64,000 nucleotides of DNA from Raja brachyura (taxonomy: Eukaryota). The translations under genes and the position numbers were made by a program. Location of the stretch: contig OY740798.1 in NCBI GenBank assembly GCA_963514005.1, forward strand, positions 44,516,001-44,580,000. The letters run 5' to 3'. The notes below the pieces were generated by a model. That model was not told the origin of the DNA and made no database searches. It worked only from the letters and a program-made list of their open reading frames with translations. Shown here piece after piece: positions 30,101 to 45,100 of this stretch; position 1 is the first letter of the stretch, and every line of letters begins with the position of its first letter.

Positions 30101-33100
30101 CTTGATGTTGGTGTTACAGTCACTGTTGTAGATGCTGTTGTAGTTTCTGGTGTAGTGGTTGTTCTTTCACATTTTCCTGTGTACTTCATAACTTTACAAT
30201 CTTCGGTACACAGAATAAAGTTACAGAGGCCTGATTTACCAGTAGACGTCACAGTTGCCTGCCCTGGAGGCAAAGAAAAGCAAATCAGGTTGTAATTTCA
30301 AAGTGTTTGCATCAAGAATCAAGAAATGATGTACCTGCTTTGATCAAACACAGTGCGTGACTTCATATCGTAGATTGTGGCTGTCTGGCCTTGTAAAAGG
30401 GAATTGCGGGGTGAATATAATACAGAAATCAGTCGAAGTGTGATTGGCAATTGCAGTCAGGTTACTCAGTTGCGTAGTTCATTTTCGGGCAGAAATAACT
30501 TTGGATTTTAAACTATTAAGAGCTTCAACCACATTAACTCAAATGGAAAAAACTAAGAAAGCAAAAAGATTCAATAATTTATGTTGACATGATTAGAACT
30601 GTGCATCAACTTCATAATTGGATGCATTTCTTGCTATCATCTGCACTTAGCAAGAGACAGATGAAGGTTCCATACATGTGTTAAAGAAGGAACTGCAGAT
30701 GCTGGAGAATCGAGGGTACACAAAAGGCTGGAGAAACTCAGCGGGTGCAGCAGCATCTAAGGAGCAAAGGAGATAGGCGACGTTTCGGGTCGAGACCCAT
30801 CTTCCATAGATGCTGTGTCACCTGCTGAGTTTCACCAACATTTTTGTCTGCCCAAGAGACAGCTGTAAAGCTCTTTCTGTGAAATGTGAACAGAAGATCA
30901 CTTTGATTACTGACACACTTACCTGGTGACATTATATGTCCGTCAACATCACATGAACAGATTGTAGTTCCTTTTGACGTTGGTGTTACTGTCACTGTTG
31001 TAGCTGGTGTTGTGGTTTCTGTTGTTGTAGATGTACTTTCACATCTTCCTGTGTACTTCAGAACTTCACAATCCTCAGTACACAGAGTAAAGTTACAGAG
31101 GCCTGATTTACCTGCAGAAGTCACAGTTGCCTGACCTGGAGGCAAAGAAAGAAATATCAGGTTGTGTACACCTGAAGGTGATGTAACTGATGACTATCTT
31201 TATGTATGATGTTGAAGCTGGTTCATGTCTTTCACTTGGGAAATAAGTTTGAAATGTGTGAATATCATTTTGCCGACTGCATCAAGGATCAGGATATTCT
31301 GAACCAAATCTGAGCAAACAGCATTGTCTGTGTTTTAGGAGCTGGTTGGCAGCGGTTTTTCTAGCTCTGTCATTAATGCAAACAAACACAATGTTTTTCA
31401 ACTGGGATGAATTGATACAAAAAATGGGTTTTCCTTGATGGTGTTTGAGATTGGTAGCTTTTAGATATCGGTGCTTTCAGGGAACTGCTGGACTCATCAT
31501 TTCCATTCATTTCCCAGATACTGTGATGTCTCCTTAAGGACTCATGTGTAGCTTCACATCAGTTCTCCAAATTCTCTTTCCAGACTCTTTAAGCTTCACA
31601 ATATTCCAAGATTCTTCTGAGATTTGGAACACCAACAGCAACCATGTAGACAAACACACACTAGGAGCAGGAAGTACATCTCAAATCCAATCCACCAGTG
31701 TCATAGTGTTATGCAGCATGGAAACTCATCGAAGCTAACCAAATTGCCTAATTGAATGTCCCATTTACCTGTGTTTGGCCCATAATCATTTGAACCTTAG
31801 TACACAGAGTAAAGATTGACCATTGCCTGGCGTGGAGGCAAAGTAAAGGAAATCAGGGTTTGTGAACGTGCGTGTTATATAATCATAAAATATCTTTATC
31901 TCTGATGATGACGCTGGTTCAAGCATTTCACTTAGTAAGTAAGTTTGAAATATGAGAATATTATTTTGCAGAATGCATCAAAGATCGGGATGTTGTGAAC
32001 CACATCTGTGCAAGCACCAGGGTCTGGTTGTGAAGCATAACATTTTGTCAATGCTGGTTGCTGCTGACAGGCTGTGTAAAAGGGAATTGCAGAGTGAATG
32101 TAAAAGCACAATACAGGAATCAGCAGACGAATACTTGACAACTGCAGAACGGATACTCAGTTGCATGATTCTTCTTGCGAGGAGATGGCAATGTCTCCTG
32201 AAGGTGCGTGATCAGGCGTGTACAATTAACCTTGGGAATGTGTGGATATACATTTTCCCAATGAAAAGCAAGGGTGTGATTATTTGCCATCCGTTGCCAA
32301 TCAATGCTGCTGCCATTTTCAGCTTTGGGATTATGGATTTCGTTGTCTTTTCATTGTGAATGGAAGAGCTCTGTGATAATTGACACACTTACCAGGTAAC
32401 ATTATTCGCCCGTCATTCTCACAGGTACATGTGGTAGTTCCTCTTGATGTTGGTGTTACAGTCACTGTTGTAGATGCTGTTGTAGTTTCTGGTGTAGTGG
32501 TTGTTCTTTCACATTTTCCTGTGTACTTCATAACTTTACAATCTTCGGTACACAGAATAAAGTTACAGAGGCCTGATTTACCAGTAGACGTCACAGTTGC
32601 CTGCCCTGGAGGCAAAGAAAAGCAAATCAGGTTGTAATTTCAAAGTGTTTGCATCAAGAATCAAGAAATGATGTACCTGCTTTGATCAAACACAGTGCGT
32701 GACTTCATATCGTAGATTGTGGCTATCTGGCCTTGTAAAAGGGAATTGCGGGGTGAATATAATACAGAAATCAGTCGAAGTGTGATTGGCAATTGCAGTC
32801 AGGTTACTCAGTTGCGTAGTTCATTTTTGGGCAGAAATAACTTTGGATTTTAAACTATTAAGAGCTTCAACCACATTAACTCAAATGGAAAAAACTAAGA
32901 AAGCAAAAAGATTCAATAATTTATGTTGACATGATTAGAACTGTGCATCAACTTCATAATTGGATGCATTTCTTGCTATCATCTGCACTTAGCAAGAGAC
33001 AGATGAAGGTTCCATACATGTGTTAAAGAAGGAACTGCAGATGCTGGAGAATCGAGGGTACACAAAAGGCTGGAGAAACTCAGCGGGTGCAGCAGCATCT

Positions 33101-36100
33101 AAGGAGCAAAGGAGATAGGCGACGTTTCGGGTCGAGACCCATCTTCCATAGATGCTGTGTCACCTGCTGAGTTTCACCAACATTTTTGTCTGCCCAAGAG
33201 ACAGGTGTAAAGCTCTTTCTGTGAAATGTGAACAGAAGATCACTTTGATTACTGACACACTTACCTGGTGACATTATATGTCCGTCAACATCACATGAAC
33301 AGATTGTAGTTCCTTTTGACGTTGGTGTTACTGTCACTGTTGTAGCTGGTGTTGTGGTTTCTGTTGTTGTAGATGTACTTTCACATCTTCCTGTGTACTT
33401 CAGAACTTCACAATCCTCAGTACACAGAGTAAAGTTACAGAGGCCTGATTTACCTGCAGAAGTCACAGTTGCCTGACCTGGAGGCAAAGAAAGAAATATC
33501 AGGTTGTGTACACCTGAAGGTGATGTAACTGATGACTATCTTTATGTATGATGTTGAAGCTGGTTCATGTCTTTCACTTGGGAAATAAGTTTGAAATGTG
33601 TGAATATCATTTTGCCGACTGCATCAAGGATCAGGATATTCTGAACCAAATCTGAGCAAACAGCATTGTCTGTGTTTTAGGAGCTGGTTGGCAGCGGTTT
33701 TTCTAGCTCTGTCATTAATGCAAACAAACACAATGTTTTTCAACTGGGATGAATTGATACAAAAAATGGGTTTTCCTTGATGGTGTTTGAGATTGGTAGC
33801 TTTTAGATATCGGTGCTTTCAGGGAACTGCTGGACTCATCATTTCCATTCATTTCCCAGATACAGTGATGTCTCCTTAAGGACTCATGTGTAGCTTCACA
33901 TCAGTTCTCCAAATTCTCTTTCCAGACTCTTTAAGCTTCACAATATTCCAAGATTCTTCTGAGATTTGGAACACCAACAGCAACCATGTAGACAAACACA
34001 CACTAGGAGCAGGAAGTACATCTCAAATCCAATCCACCAGTGTCATAGTGTTATGCAGCATGGAAACTCATCGAAGCTAACCAAATTGCCTAATTGAATG
34101 TCCCATTTATCTGTGTTTGGCCCATAATCATTTGAACCTTAGTACACAGAGTAAAGATTGACCATTGCCTGACGTGGAGGCAAAGTAAAGAAAATCAGGG
34201 TTTGTGAACGTGCGTGTTATATAATCATAAAATATCTTTATCTCTGATGATGACGCTGGTTCAAGCATTTCACTTAGTAAGTAAGTTTGAAATATGAGAA
34301 TATTATTTTGCAGAATGCATCAAAGATCGGGATGTTCTGAACCACATCTGTGCAAGCACCAGGGTCTGGTTGTGAAGCATAACATTTTGTCAATGCTGGT
34401 TGCTGCTGACAGGCTGTGTAAAAGGGAATTGCAGAGTGAATGTAAAAGCACAATACAGGAATCAGCAGACGAATACTTGACAACTGCAGAACGGATACTC
34501 AGTTGCATGATTCTTCTTGCGAGGAGATGGCAATGTCTCCTGAAGGTGCGTGATCAGGCGTGTACAATTAACCTTGGGAATGTGTGGATATACATTTTCC
34601 CAATGAAAAGCAAGGGTGTGATTATTTGCCATCCGTTGCCAATCAATGCTGCTGCCATTTTCAGCTTTGGGATTATGGATTTCGTTGTCTTTTCATTGTG
34701 AATGGAAGAGCTCTGTGATAATTGACACACTTACCAGGTAACATTATTCGCCCGTCATTCTCACAGGTACATGTGGTAGTTCCTCTTGATGTTGGTGTTA
34801 CAGTCACTGTTGTAGATGCTGTTGTAGTTTCTGGTGTAGTGGTTGTTCTTTCACATTTTCCTGTGTACTTCATAACTTTACAATCTTCGGTACACAGAAT
34901 AAAGTTACAGAGGCCTGATTTACCAGTAGACGTCACAGTTGCCTGCCCTGGAGGCAAAGAAAAGCAAATCAGGTTGTAATTTCAAAGTGTTTGCATCAAG
35001 AATCAAGAAATGATGTACCTGCTTTGATCAAACACAGTGCGTGACTTCATATCGTAGATTGTGGCTATCTGGCCTTGTAAAAGGGAATTGCGGGGTGAAT
35101 ATAATACAGAAATCAGTCGAAGTGTGATTGGCAATTGCAGTCAGGTTACTCAGTTGCGTAGTTCATTTTTGGGCAGAAATAACTTTGGATTTTAAACTAT
35201 TAAGAGCTTCAACCACATTAACACAAATGGAAAAAACTAAGAAAGCAAAAAGATGAAATAATTTATGTTGACATGATTAGAACTGTGTATCAACTTCATA
35301 ATTGGATGCATTTCTTGCTATCATCTGCACTTAGCAAGAGACAGATGAAGGTTCCATAGATGTGTTAAAGAAGGAACTGCAGATGCTGGAGAATCGAGGG
35401 TACACAAAAGGCTGGAGAAACTCAGCGGGTGCAGCAGCATCTAAGGAGCAAAGGAGATAGGCGACGTTTCGGGTCGAGACCCATCTTCCATAGATGCTGT
35501 GTCACCTGCTGAGTTTCACCAACATTTTTGTCTGCCCAAGAGACAGCTGTAAAGCTCTTTCTGTGAAATGTGAACAGAAGATCACTTTGATTACTGACAC
35601 ACTTACCTGGTGACATTATATGTCCGTCAACATCACATGAACAGATTGTAGTTCCTTTTGACGTTGGTGTTACTGTCACTGTTGTAGCTGGTGTTGTGGT
35701 TTCTGTTGTTGTAGATGTACTTTCACATCTTCCTGTGTACTTCAGAACTTCACAATCCTCAGTACACAGAGTAAAGTTACAGAGGCCTGATTTACCTGCA
35801 GAAGTCACAGTTGCCTGACCTGGAGGCAAAGAAAGAAATATCAGGTTGTGTACACCTGAAGGTGATGTAACTGATGACTATCTTTATGTATGATGTTGAA
35901 GCTGGTTCATGTCTTTCACTTGGGAAATAAGTTTGAAATGTGTGAATATCATTTTGCCGACTGCATCAAGGATCAGGATATTCTGAACCAAATCTAAGCA
36001 AACAGCATTGTCTGTGTTTTAGGAGCTGGTTGGCAGCGGTTTTTCTAGCTCTGTCATTAATGCAAACAAACACAATGTTTTTCAACTGGGATGAATTGAT

Positions 36101-39100
36101 ACAAAAAATGGGTTTTCCTTGATGGTGTTTGAGATTGGTAGCTTTCAGATATCGGTGCTTTCAGGGAACTGCTGGACTCATCATTTCCATTCATTTCCCA
36201 GATACAGTGGTGTCCCCTTAAGGACTCATGTGTAGCTTCACATCAGTTCTCCAAATTCTCTTTCCAGACTCTTTAAGCTTCACAATATTCCAAGATTCTT
36301 CTGAGATTTGGAACACCAACAGCAACCATGTAGACAAACACACACTAGGAGCAGGAAGTACATCTCAAATCCAATCCACCAGTGTCATAGTGTTGTGCAG
36401 CATGGAAAGTCATCGAAGCTAACCAAATTGCCTAATTGAATGTCCCATTTACCTGTGTTTGGCCCATAATCATTTGAACCTTAGTACACAGAGTAAAGAT
36501 TGACCATTGCCTGACGTGGAGGCAAAGTAAAGAAAATCAGGGTTTGTGAACGTGCGTGTTATATAATCATAAAATATCTTTATCTCTGATGATGACGCTG
36601 GTTCAAGCATTTCACTTAGTAAGTAAGTTTGAAATATGAGAATATTATTTTGCAGAATGCATCAAAGATCGGGATGTTGTGAACCACATCTGTGCAAGCA
36701 CCAGGGTCTGGTTGTGAAGCATAACATTTTGTCAATGCTGGTTGCTGCTGACAGGCTGTGTAAAAGGGAATTGCAGAGTGAATGTAAAAGCACAATACAG
36801 GAATCAGCAGACGAATACTTGACAACTGCAGAACGGATACTCAGTTGCATGATTCTTCTTGCGAGGAGATGGCAATGTCTCCTGAAGGTGCGTGATCAGG
36901 CGTGTACAATTAACCTTGGGAATGTGTGGATATACATTTTCCCAATGAAAAGCAAGGGTGTGATTATTTGCCATCCGTTGCCAATCAATGCTGCTGCCAT
37001 TTTCAGCTTTGGGATTATGGATTTCGTTGTCTTTTCATTGTGAATGGAAGAGCTCTGTGATAATTGACACACTTACCAGGTAACATTATTCGCCCGTCAT
37101 TCTCACAGGTACATGTGGTAGTTCCTCTTGATGTTGGTGTTACAGTCACTGTTGTAGATGCTGTTGTAGTTTCTGGTGTAGTGGTTGTTCTTTCACATTT
37201 TCCTGTGTACTTCATAACTTTACAATCTTCGGTACACAGAATAAAGTTACAGAGGCCTGATTTACCAGTAGACGTCACAGTTGCCTGCCCTGGAGGCAAA
37301 GAAAAGCAAATCAGGTTGTAATTTCAAAGTGTTTGCATCAAGAATCAAGAAATGATGTACCTGCTTTGATCAAACACAGTGCGTGACTTCATATCGTAGA
37401 TTGTGGCTGGCTGGCCTTGTAAAAGGGAATTGCGGGGTGAATATAATACAGAAATCAGTCGAAGTGTGATTGGCAATTGCAGTCAGGTTACTCAGTTGCG
37501 TAGTTCATTTTTGGGCAGAAATAACTTTGGATTTTAAACTATTAAGAGCTTCAACCACATTAACACAAATGGAAAAAACTAAGAAAGCAAAAAGATGAAA
37601 TAATTTATGTTGACATGATTAGAACTGTGCATCAACTTCATAATTGGATGCATTTCTTGCTATCATCTGCACTTAGCAAGAGACAGATGAAGGTTCCATA
37701 GATGTGTTAAAGAAGGAACTGCAGATGCTGGAGAATCGAGGGTACACAAAAGGCTGGAGAAACTCAGCGGGTGCAGCAGCATCTAAGGAGCAAAGGAGAT
37801 AGGCGACGTTTCGGGTCGAGACCCATCTTCCATAGATGCTGTGACACCTGCTGAGTTTCACCAACATTTTTGTCTGCCCAAGAGACAGCTGTAAAGCTCT
37901 TTCTGTGAAATGTGAACAGAAGATCACTTTAATTACTGACACACTTACCTGGTGACATTATATGTCCGTCAACATCACATGAACAGATTGTAGTTCCTTT
38001 TGACGTTGGTGTTACTGTCACTGTTGTAGCTGGTGTTGTGGTTTCTGTTGTTGTAGATGTACTTTCACATCTTCCTGTGTACTTCAGTACTTCACAATCC
38101 TCAGTACACAGAGTAAAGTTACAGAGGCCTGATTTACCTGCAGAAGTCACAGTTGCCTGACCTGGAGGCAAAGAAAGAAATATCAGGTTGTGTACACCTG
38201 AAGGTGATGTAACTGATGACTATCCTTATGTATGATGTTGAAGCTCGTTCATGTCTTTCACTTGGGAAATAAGTTTGAAATGTGTGAATATTATTTTGCC
38301 GACTGCATCAAAGATCAGGATATTCTGAACCAAATCTGAGCAAACAGCATTGTCTGTGTTTTAGGAGCTGTTTGGCAGCGGTTTTTCTAGCTCTGTCATT
38401 AATGCAAACAAACACAATGTTTTTCAACTGGGATGAATTGATACAAAAAATGGGTTTTCCTTGATGGTGTTTGAGATTGGTAGCTTTTAGATATCGGTGC
38501 TTTCAGGGAACTGCTGGACTCATCATTTCCATTCATTTCCCAGATACAGTGATGTCTCCTTAAGGACTCATGTGTAGCTTCACATCAGTTCTCCAAATTC
38601 TCTTTCCAGACTCTTTAAGCTTCACAATATTCCAAGATTCTTCTGAGATTTGGAACACCAACAGCAACCATGTAGACAAACACACACTAGGAGAAGGAAG
38701 TACATCGCAAATCCAATCCACCAGTGTCATAGTGTTATGCAGCATGGAAACTCATCGAAGCTAACCAAATTGCCTAATTGAATGTCCCATTTACCTGTGT
38801 TTGGCCCATAATCATTTGAACCTTAGTGCACAGAGTAAAGATTGACCATTGCCTGACGTGGAGGCAAAGTAAAGAAAATCAGGGTTTGTGAACGTGCGTG
38901 TTATATAATCATAAAATATCTTTATCTCTGATGATGACGCTGGTTCAAGCATTTCACTTAGTAAGTAAGTTTGAAATACGAGAATATTATTTTGCAGAAT
39001 GCATCAAAGATCGGGATGTTCTGAACCACATCTGTGCAAGCACCAGGGTCTGGTTGTGAAGCATAACATTTTGTCAAAGCGGGTTGCTGCTGACAGGCTG

Positions 39101-42100
39101 TGTAAAAGGGAATTGCAGAGTGAATGTAAAAGCACAATACAGGAATCAGCAGACGAATACTTGACAACTGCAGAACGGATACTCGGTTGCATGATTCTTC
39201 TTGCGAGGAAATGGCAATGTCTACTGAAGGTGCGTGATCAGGCGTGTACAATTAACCTTGGGAATGTGTGGATATACATTTTCCCAATGAAAAGCAAGGG
39301 TGTGATTATTTGCCATCCGTTGCCAATCAATGCTGCTGCCATTTTCAGCTTTGGGATTATGGATTTCGTTGTCTTTTCATTGTGAATGGAAGAGCTCTGT
39401 GATAATTGACACACTTACCAGGTAACATTATTCGCCCGTCATTCTCACAGGTACATGTGGTAGTTCCTCTTGATGTTGGTGTTACAGTCACTGTTGTAGA
39501 TGCTGTTGTAGTTTCTGGTGTAGTGGTTGTTCTTTCACATTTTCCTGTGTACTTCATAACTTTACAATCTTCGGTACACAGAATAAAGTTACAGAGGCCT
39601 GATTTACCAGTAGACGTCACAGTTGCCTGCCCTGGAGGCAAAGAAAAGAAAATCAGGTTGTAATTTCAAAGTGTTTGCATCAAGAATCAAGAAATGATGT
39701 ACCTGCTTTGATCAAACACAGTGCGTGACTTCATATTGTAGATTGTGGCTGGCTGGCCTTGTAAAAGGGAATTGCGGGGTGAATATAATACAGAAATCAG
39801 TCGAAGTGTGATTGGCAATTGCAGTCAGGTTACTCAGTTGCGTAGTTCATTTTTGGGCAGAAATAACTTTGGATTTTAAACTATTAAGAGCTTCAACCAC
39901 ATTAACTCAAATGGAAAAAACTAAGAAAGCAAAAAGATTCAATAATTTATGTTGACATGATTAGAACTGTGCATCAACTTCATAATTGGATGCATTTCTT
40001 GCTATCATCTGCACTTTGCAAGAGACAGATGAAGGTTCCATACATGTGTTAAAGAAGGAACTGCAGATGCTGGAGAATCGAGGGTACACAAAAGGCTGGA
40101 GAAACTCAGCGGGTGCAGCAGCATCTAAGGAGCAAAGGAGATAGGCGACGTTTCGGGTCGAGACCCATCTTCCATAGATGCTGTGTCACCTGCTGAGTTT
40201 CACCAACATTTTCGTCTGCCCAAGAGACAGCTGTAAAGCTCTTTCTGTGAAATGTGAACAGAAGATCACTTTAATTACTGACACACTTACCTGGTGACAT
40301 TATATGTCCGTCAACATCACATGAACAGATTGTAGTTCCTTTTGACGTTGGTGTTACTGTCACTGTTGTAGCTGGTGTTGTGGTTTCTGTTGTTGTAGAT
40401 GTACTTTCACATTTTCCTGTGTACTTCAGTACTTCACAATCCTCAGTACACAGAGTAAAGTTACAGAGGCCTGATTTACCTGCAGAAGTCACAGTTGCCT
40501 GACCTGGAGGCAAAGAAAGAAATATCAGGTTGTGTACACCTGAAGGTGATGTAACTGATGACTATCCTTATGTATGATGTTGAAGCTGGTTCATGTCTTT
40601 CACTTGGGAAATAAGTTTGAAATGTGTGAATATTATTTTGCCGACTGCATCAAAGATCAGGATATTCTGAACCAAATCTGAGCAAACAGCATTGTCTGTG
40701 TTTTAGGAGCTGTTTGGCAGCGGTTTTTCTAGCTCTGTCATTAATGCAAACAAACACAATGTTTTTCAACTGGGATGAATTGATACAAAAAATGGGTTTT
40801 CCTTGATGGTGTTTGAGATTGGTAGCTTTCAGATATCGGTGCTTTCAGGGAACTGCTGGACTCATCATTTCCATTCATTTCCCAGATACAGTGGTGTCCC
40901 CTTAAGGACTCATGTGTAGCTTCACATCAGTTCTCCAAATTCTCTTTCCAGACTCTTTAAGCTTCACAATATTCCAAGATTCTTCTGAGATTTGGAACAC
41001 CAACAGCAACCATGTAGACAAACACACACTAGGAGCAGGAAGTACATCTCAAATCCAATCCACCAGTGTCATAGTGTTGTGCAGCATGGAAAGTCATCGA
41101 AGCTAACCAAATTGCCTAATTGAATGTCCCATTTACCTGTGTTTGGCCCATAATCATTTGAACCTTAGTACACAGAGTAAAGATTGACCATTGCCTGACG
41201 TGGAGGCAAAGTAAAGAAAATCAGGGTTTGTGAACGTGCGTGTTATATAATCATAAAATATCTTTATCTCTGATGATGACGCTGGTTCAAGCATTTCACT
41301 TAGTAAGTAAGTTTGAAATATGAGAATATTATTTTGCAGAATGCATCAAAGATCGGGATGTTGTGAACCACATCTGTGCAAGCACCAGGGTCTGGTTGTG
41401 AAGCATAACATTTTGTCAATGCTGGTTGCTGCTGACAGGCTGTGTAAAAGGGAATTGCAGAGTGAATGTAAAAGCACAATACAGGAATCAGCAGACGAAT
41501 ACTTGACAACTGCAGAACGGATACTCAGTTGCATGATTCTTCTTGCGAGGAGATGGCAATGTCTCCTGAAGGTGCGTGATCAGGCGTGTACAATTAACCT
41601 TGGGAATGTGTGGATATACATTTTCCCAATGAAAAGCAAGGGTGTGATTATTTGCCATCCGTTGCCAATCAATGCTGCTGCCATTTTCAGCTTTGGGATT
41701 ATGGATTTCGTTGTCTTTTCATTGTGAATGGAAGAGCTCTGTGATAATTGACACACTTACCAGGTAACATTATTCGCCCGTCATTCTCACAGGTACATGT
41801 GGTAGTTCCTCTTGATGTTGGTGTTACAGTCACTGTTGTAGATGCTGTTGTAGTTTCTGGTGTAGTGGTTGTTCTTTCACATTTTCCTGTGTACTTCATA
41901 ACTTTACAATCTTCGGTACACAGAATAAAGTTACAGAGGCCTGATTTACCAGTAGACGTCACAGTTGCCTGCCCTGGAGGCAAAGAAAAGCAAATCAGGT
42001 TGTAATTTCAAAGTGTTTGCATCAAGAATCAAGAAATGATGTACCTGCTTTGATCAAACACAGTGCGTGACTTCATATCGTAGATTGTGGCTGGCTGGCC

Positions 42101-45100
42101 TTGTAAAAGGGAATTGCGGGGTGAATATAATACAGAAATCAGTCGAAGTGTGATTGGCAATTGCAGTCAGGTTACTCAGTTGCGTAGTTCATTTTTGGGC
42201 AGAAATAACTTTGGATTTTAAACTATTAAGAGCTTCAACCACATTAACTCAAATGGAAAAAAATTAAGAAAGCAAAAAGATGAAATAATTTATGTTGACA
42301 TGATTAGAACTGTGCATCAACTTCATAATTGGATGCATTTCTTGCTATCATCTGCACTTAGCAAGAGACAGATGAAGGTTCCATAGATGTGTTAAAGAAG
42401 GAACTGCAGATGCTGGAGAATCGAGGGTACACAAAAGGCTGGAGAAACTCAGCGGGTGCAGCAGCATCTAAGGAGCAAAGGAGATAGGCGACGTTTCGGG
42501 TCGAGACCCATCTTCCATAGATGCTGTGTCACCTGCTGAGTTTCACCAACATTTTTGTCTGCCCAAGAGACAGCTGTAAAGCTCTTTCTGTGAAATGTGA
42601 ACAGAAGATCACTTTAATTACTGACACACTTACCTGGTGACATTATATGTCCGTCAACATCACATGAACAGATTGTAGTTCCTTTTGACGTTGGTGTTAC
42701 TGTCACTGTTGTAGCTGGTGTTGTGGTTTCTGTTGTTGTAGATGTACTTTCACATCTTCCTGTGTACTTCAGTACTTCACAATCCTCAGTACACAGAGTA
42801 AAGTTACAGAGGCCTGATTTACCTGCAGAAGTCACAGTTGCCTGACCTGGAGGCAAAGAAACAAATATCAGGTTGTGTACACCTGAAGGTGATGTAACTG
42901 ATGACTATCCTTATGTATGATGTTGAAGCTGGTTCATGTCTTTCACTTGGGAAATAAGTTTGAAATGTGTGAATATTATTTTGCCGACTGCATCAAAGAT
43001 CAGGATATTCTGAACCAAATCTGAGCAAACAGCATTGTCTGTGTTTTAGGAGCTGTTTGGCAGCGGTTTTTCTAGCTCTGTCATTAATGCAAACAAACAC
43101 AATGTTTTTCAACTGGGATGAATTGATACAAAAAATGGGTTTTCCTTGATGGTGTTTGAGATTGGTAGCTTTTAGATATCGGTGCTTTCAGGGAACTGCT
43201 GGACTCATCATTTCCATTCATTTCCCAGATACAGTGATGTCTCCTTAAGGACTCATGTGTAGCTTCACATCAGTTCTCCAAATTCTCTTTCCAGACTCTT
43301 TAAGCTTCACAATATTCCAAGATTCTTCTGAGATTTGGAACACCAACAGCAACCATGTAGACAAACACACACTAGGAGAAGGAAGTACATCGCAAATCCA
43401 ATCCACCAGTGTCATAGTGTTATGCAGCATGGAAACTCATCGAAGCTAACCAAATTGCCTAATTGAATGTCCCATTTACCTGTGTTTGGCCCATAATCAT
43501 TTGAACCTTAGTGCACAGAGTAAAGATTGACCATTGCCTGACGTGGAGGCAAAGTAAAGAAAATCAGGGTTTGTGAACGTGCGTGTTATATAATCATAAA
43601 ATATCTTTATCTCTGATGATGACGCTGGTTCAAGCATTTCACTTAGTAAGTAAGTTTGAAATACGAGAATATTATTTTGCAGAATGCATCAAAGATCGGG
43701 ATGTTCTGAACCACATCTGTGCAAGCACCAGGGTCTGGTTGTGAAGCATAACATTTTGTCAATGCTGGTTGCTGCTGACAGGCTGTGTAAAAGGGAATTG
43801 CAGAGTGAATGTAAAAGCACAATACAGGAATCAGCAGACGAATACTTGACAACTGCAGAACGGATACTCGGTTGCATGATTCTTCTTGCGAGGAAATGGC
43901 AATGTCTACTGAAGGTGCGTGATCAGGCGTGTACAATTAACCTTGGGAATGTGTGGATATACATTTTCCCAATGAAAAGCAAGGGTGTGATTATTTGCCA
44001 TCCGTTGCCAATCAATGCTGCTGCCATTTTCAGCTTTGGGATTATGGATTTCGTTGTCTTTTCATTGTGAATGGAAGAGCTCTGTGATAATTGACACACT
44101 TACCAGGTAACATTATTCGCCCGTCATTCTCACAGGTACATGTGGTAGTTCCTCTTGATGTTGGTGTTACAGTCACTGTTGTAGATGCTGTTGTAGTTTC
44201 TGGTGTAGTGGTTGTTCTTTCACATTTTCCTGTGTACTTCATAACTTTACAATCTTCGGTACACAGAATAAAGTTACAGAGGCCTGATTTACCAGTAGAC
44301 GTCACAGTTGCCTGCCCTGGAGGCAAAGAAAAGCAAATCAGGTTGTAATTTCAAAGTGTTTGCATCAAGAATCAAGAAATGATGTACCTGCTTTGATCAA
44401 ACACAGTGCGTGACTTCATATCGTAGATTGTGGCTATCTGGCCTTGTAAAAGCGAATTGCGGGGTGAATATAATACAGAAATCAGTCGAAGTGTGATTGG
44501 CAATTGCAGTCAGGTTACTCAGTTGCGTAGTTCATTTTTGGGCAGAAATAACTTTGGATTTTAAACTATTAAGAGCTTCAACCACATTAACTCAAATGGA
44601 AAAAACTAAGAAAGCAAAAAGATTCAATAATTTATGTTGACATGATTAGAACTGTGCATCAACTTCATAATTGGATGCATTTCTTGCTATCATCTGCACT
44701 TAGCAAGAGACAGATGAAGGTTCCATACATGTGTTAAAGAAGGAACTGCAGATGCTGGAGAATCGAGGGTACACAAAAGGCTGGAGAAACTCAGCGGGTG
44801 CAGCAGCATCTAAGGAGCAAAGGAGATAGGCGACGTTTCGGGTCGAGACCCATCTTCCATAGATGCTGTGTCACCTGCTGAGTTTCACCAACATTTTTGT
44901 CTGCCCAAGAGACAGGTGTAAAGCTCTTTCTGTGAAATGTGAACAGAAGATCACTTTGATTACTGACACACTTACCTGGTGACATTATATGTCCGTCAAC
45001 ATCACATGAACAGATTGTAGTTCCTTTTGACGTTGGTGTTACTGTCACTGTTGTAGCTGGTGTTGTGGTTTCTGTTGTTGTAGATGTACTTTCACATCTT

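Noticed and set aside
17900-44348. Recurrent + strand ORFs of 135, 85 and 64 aa and - strand ORFs of 62-69 aa
   Set aside because: They recur only because the DNA is tandemly duplicated; they are intronic or antisense with no recognisable domain
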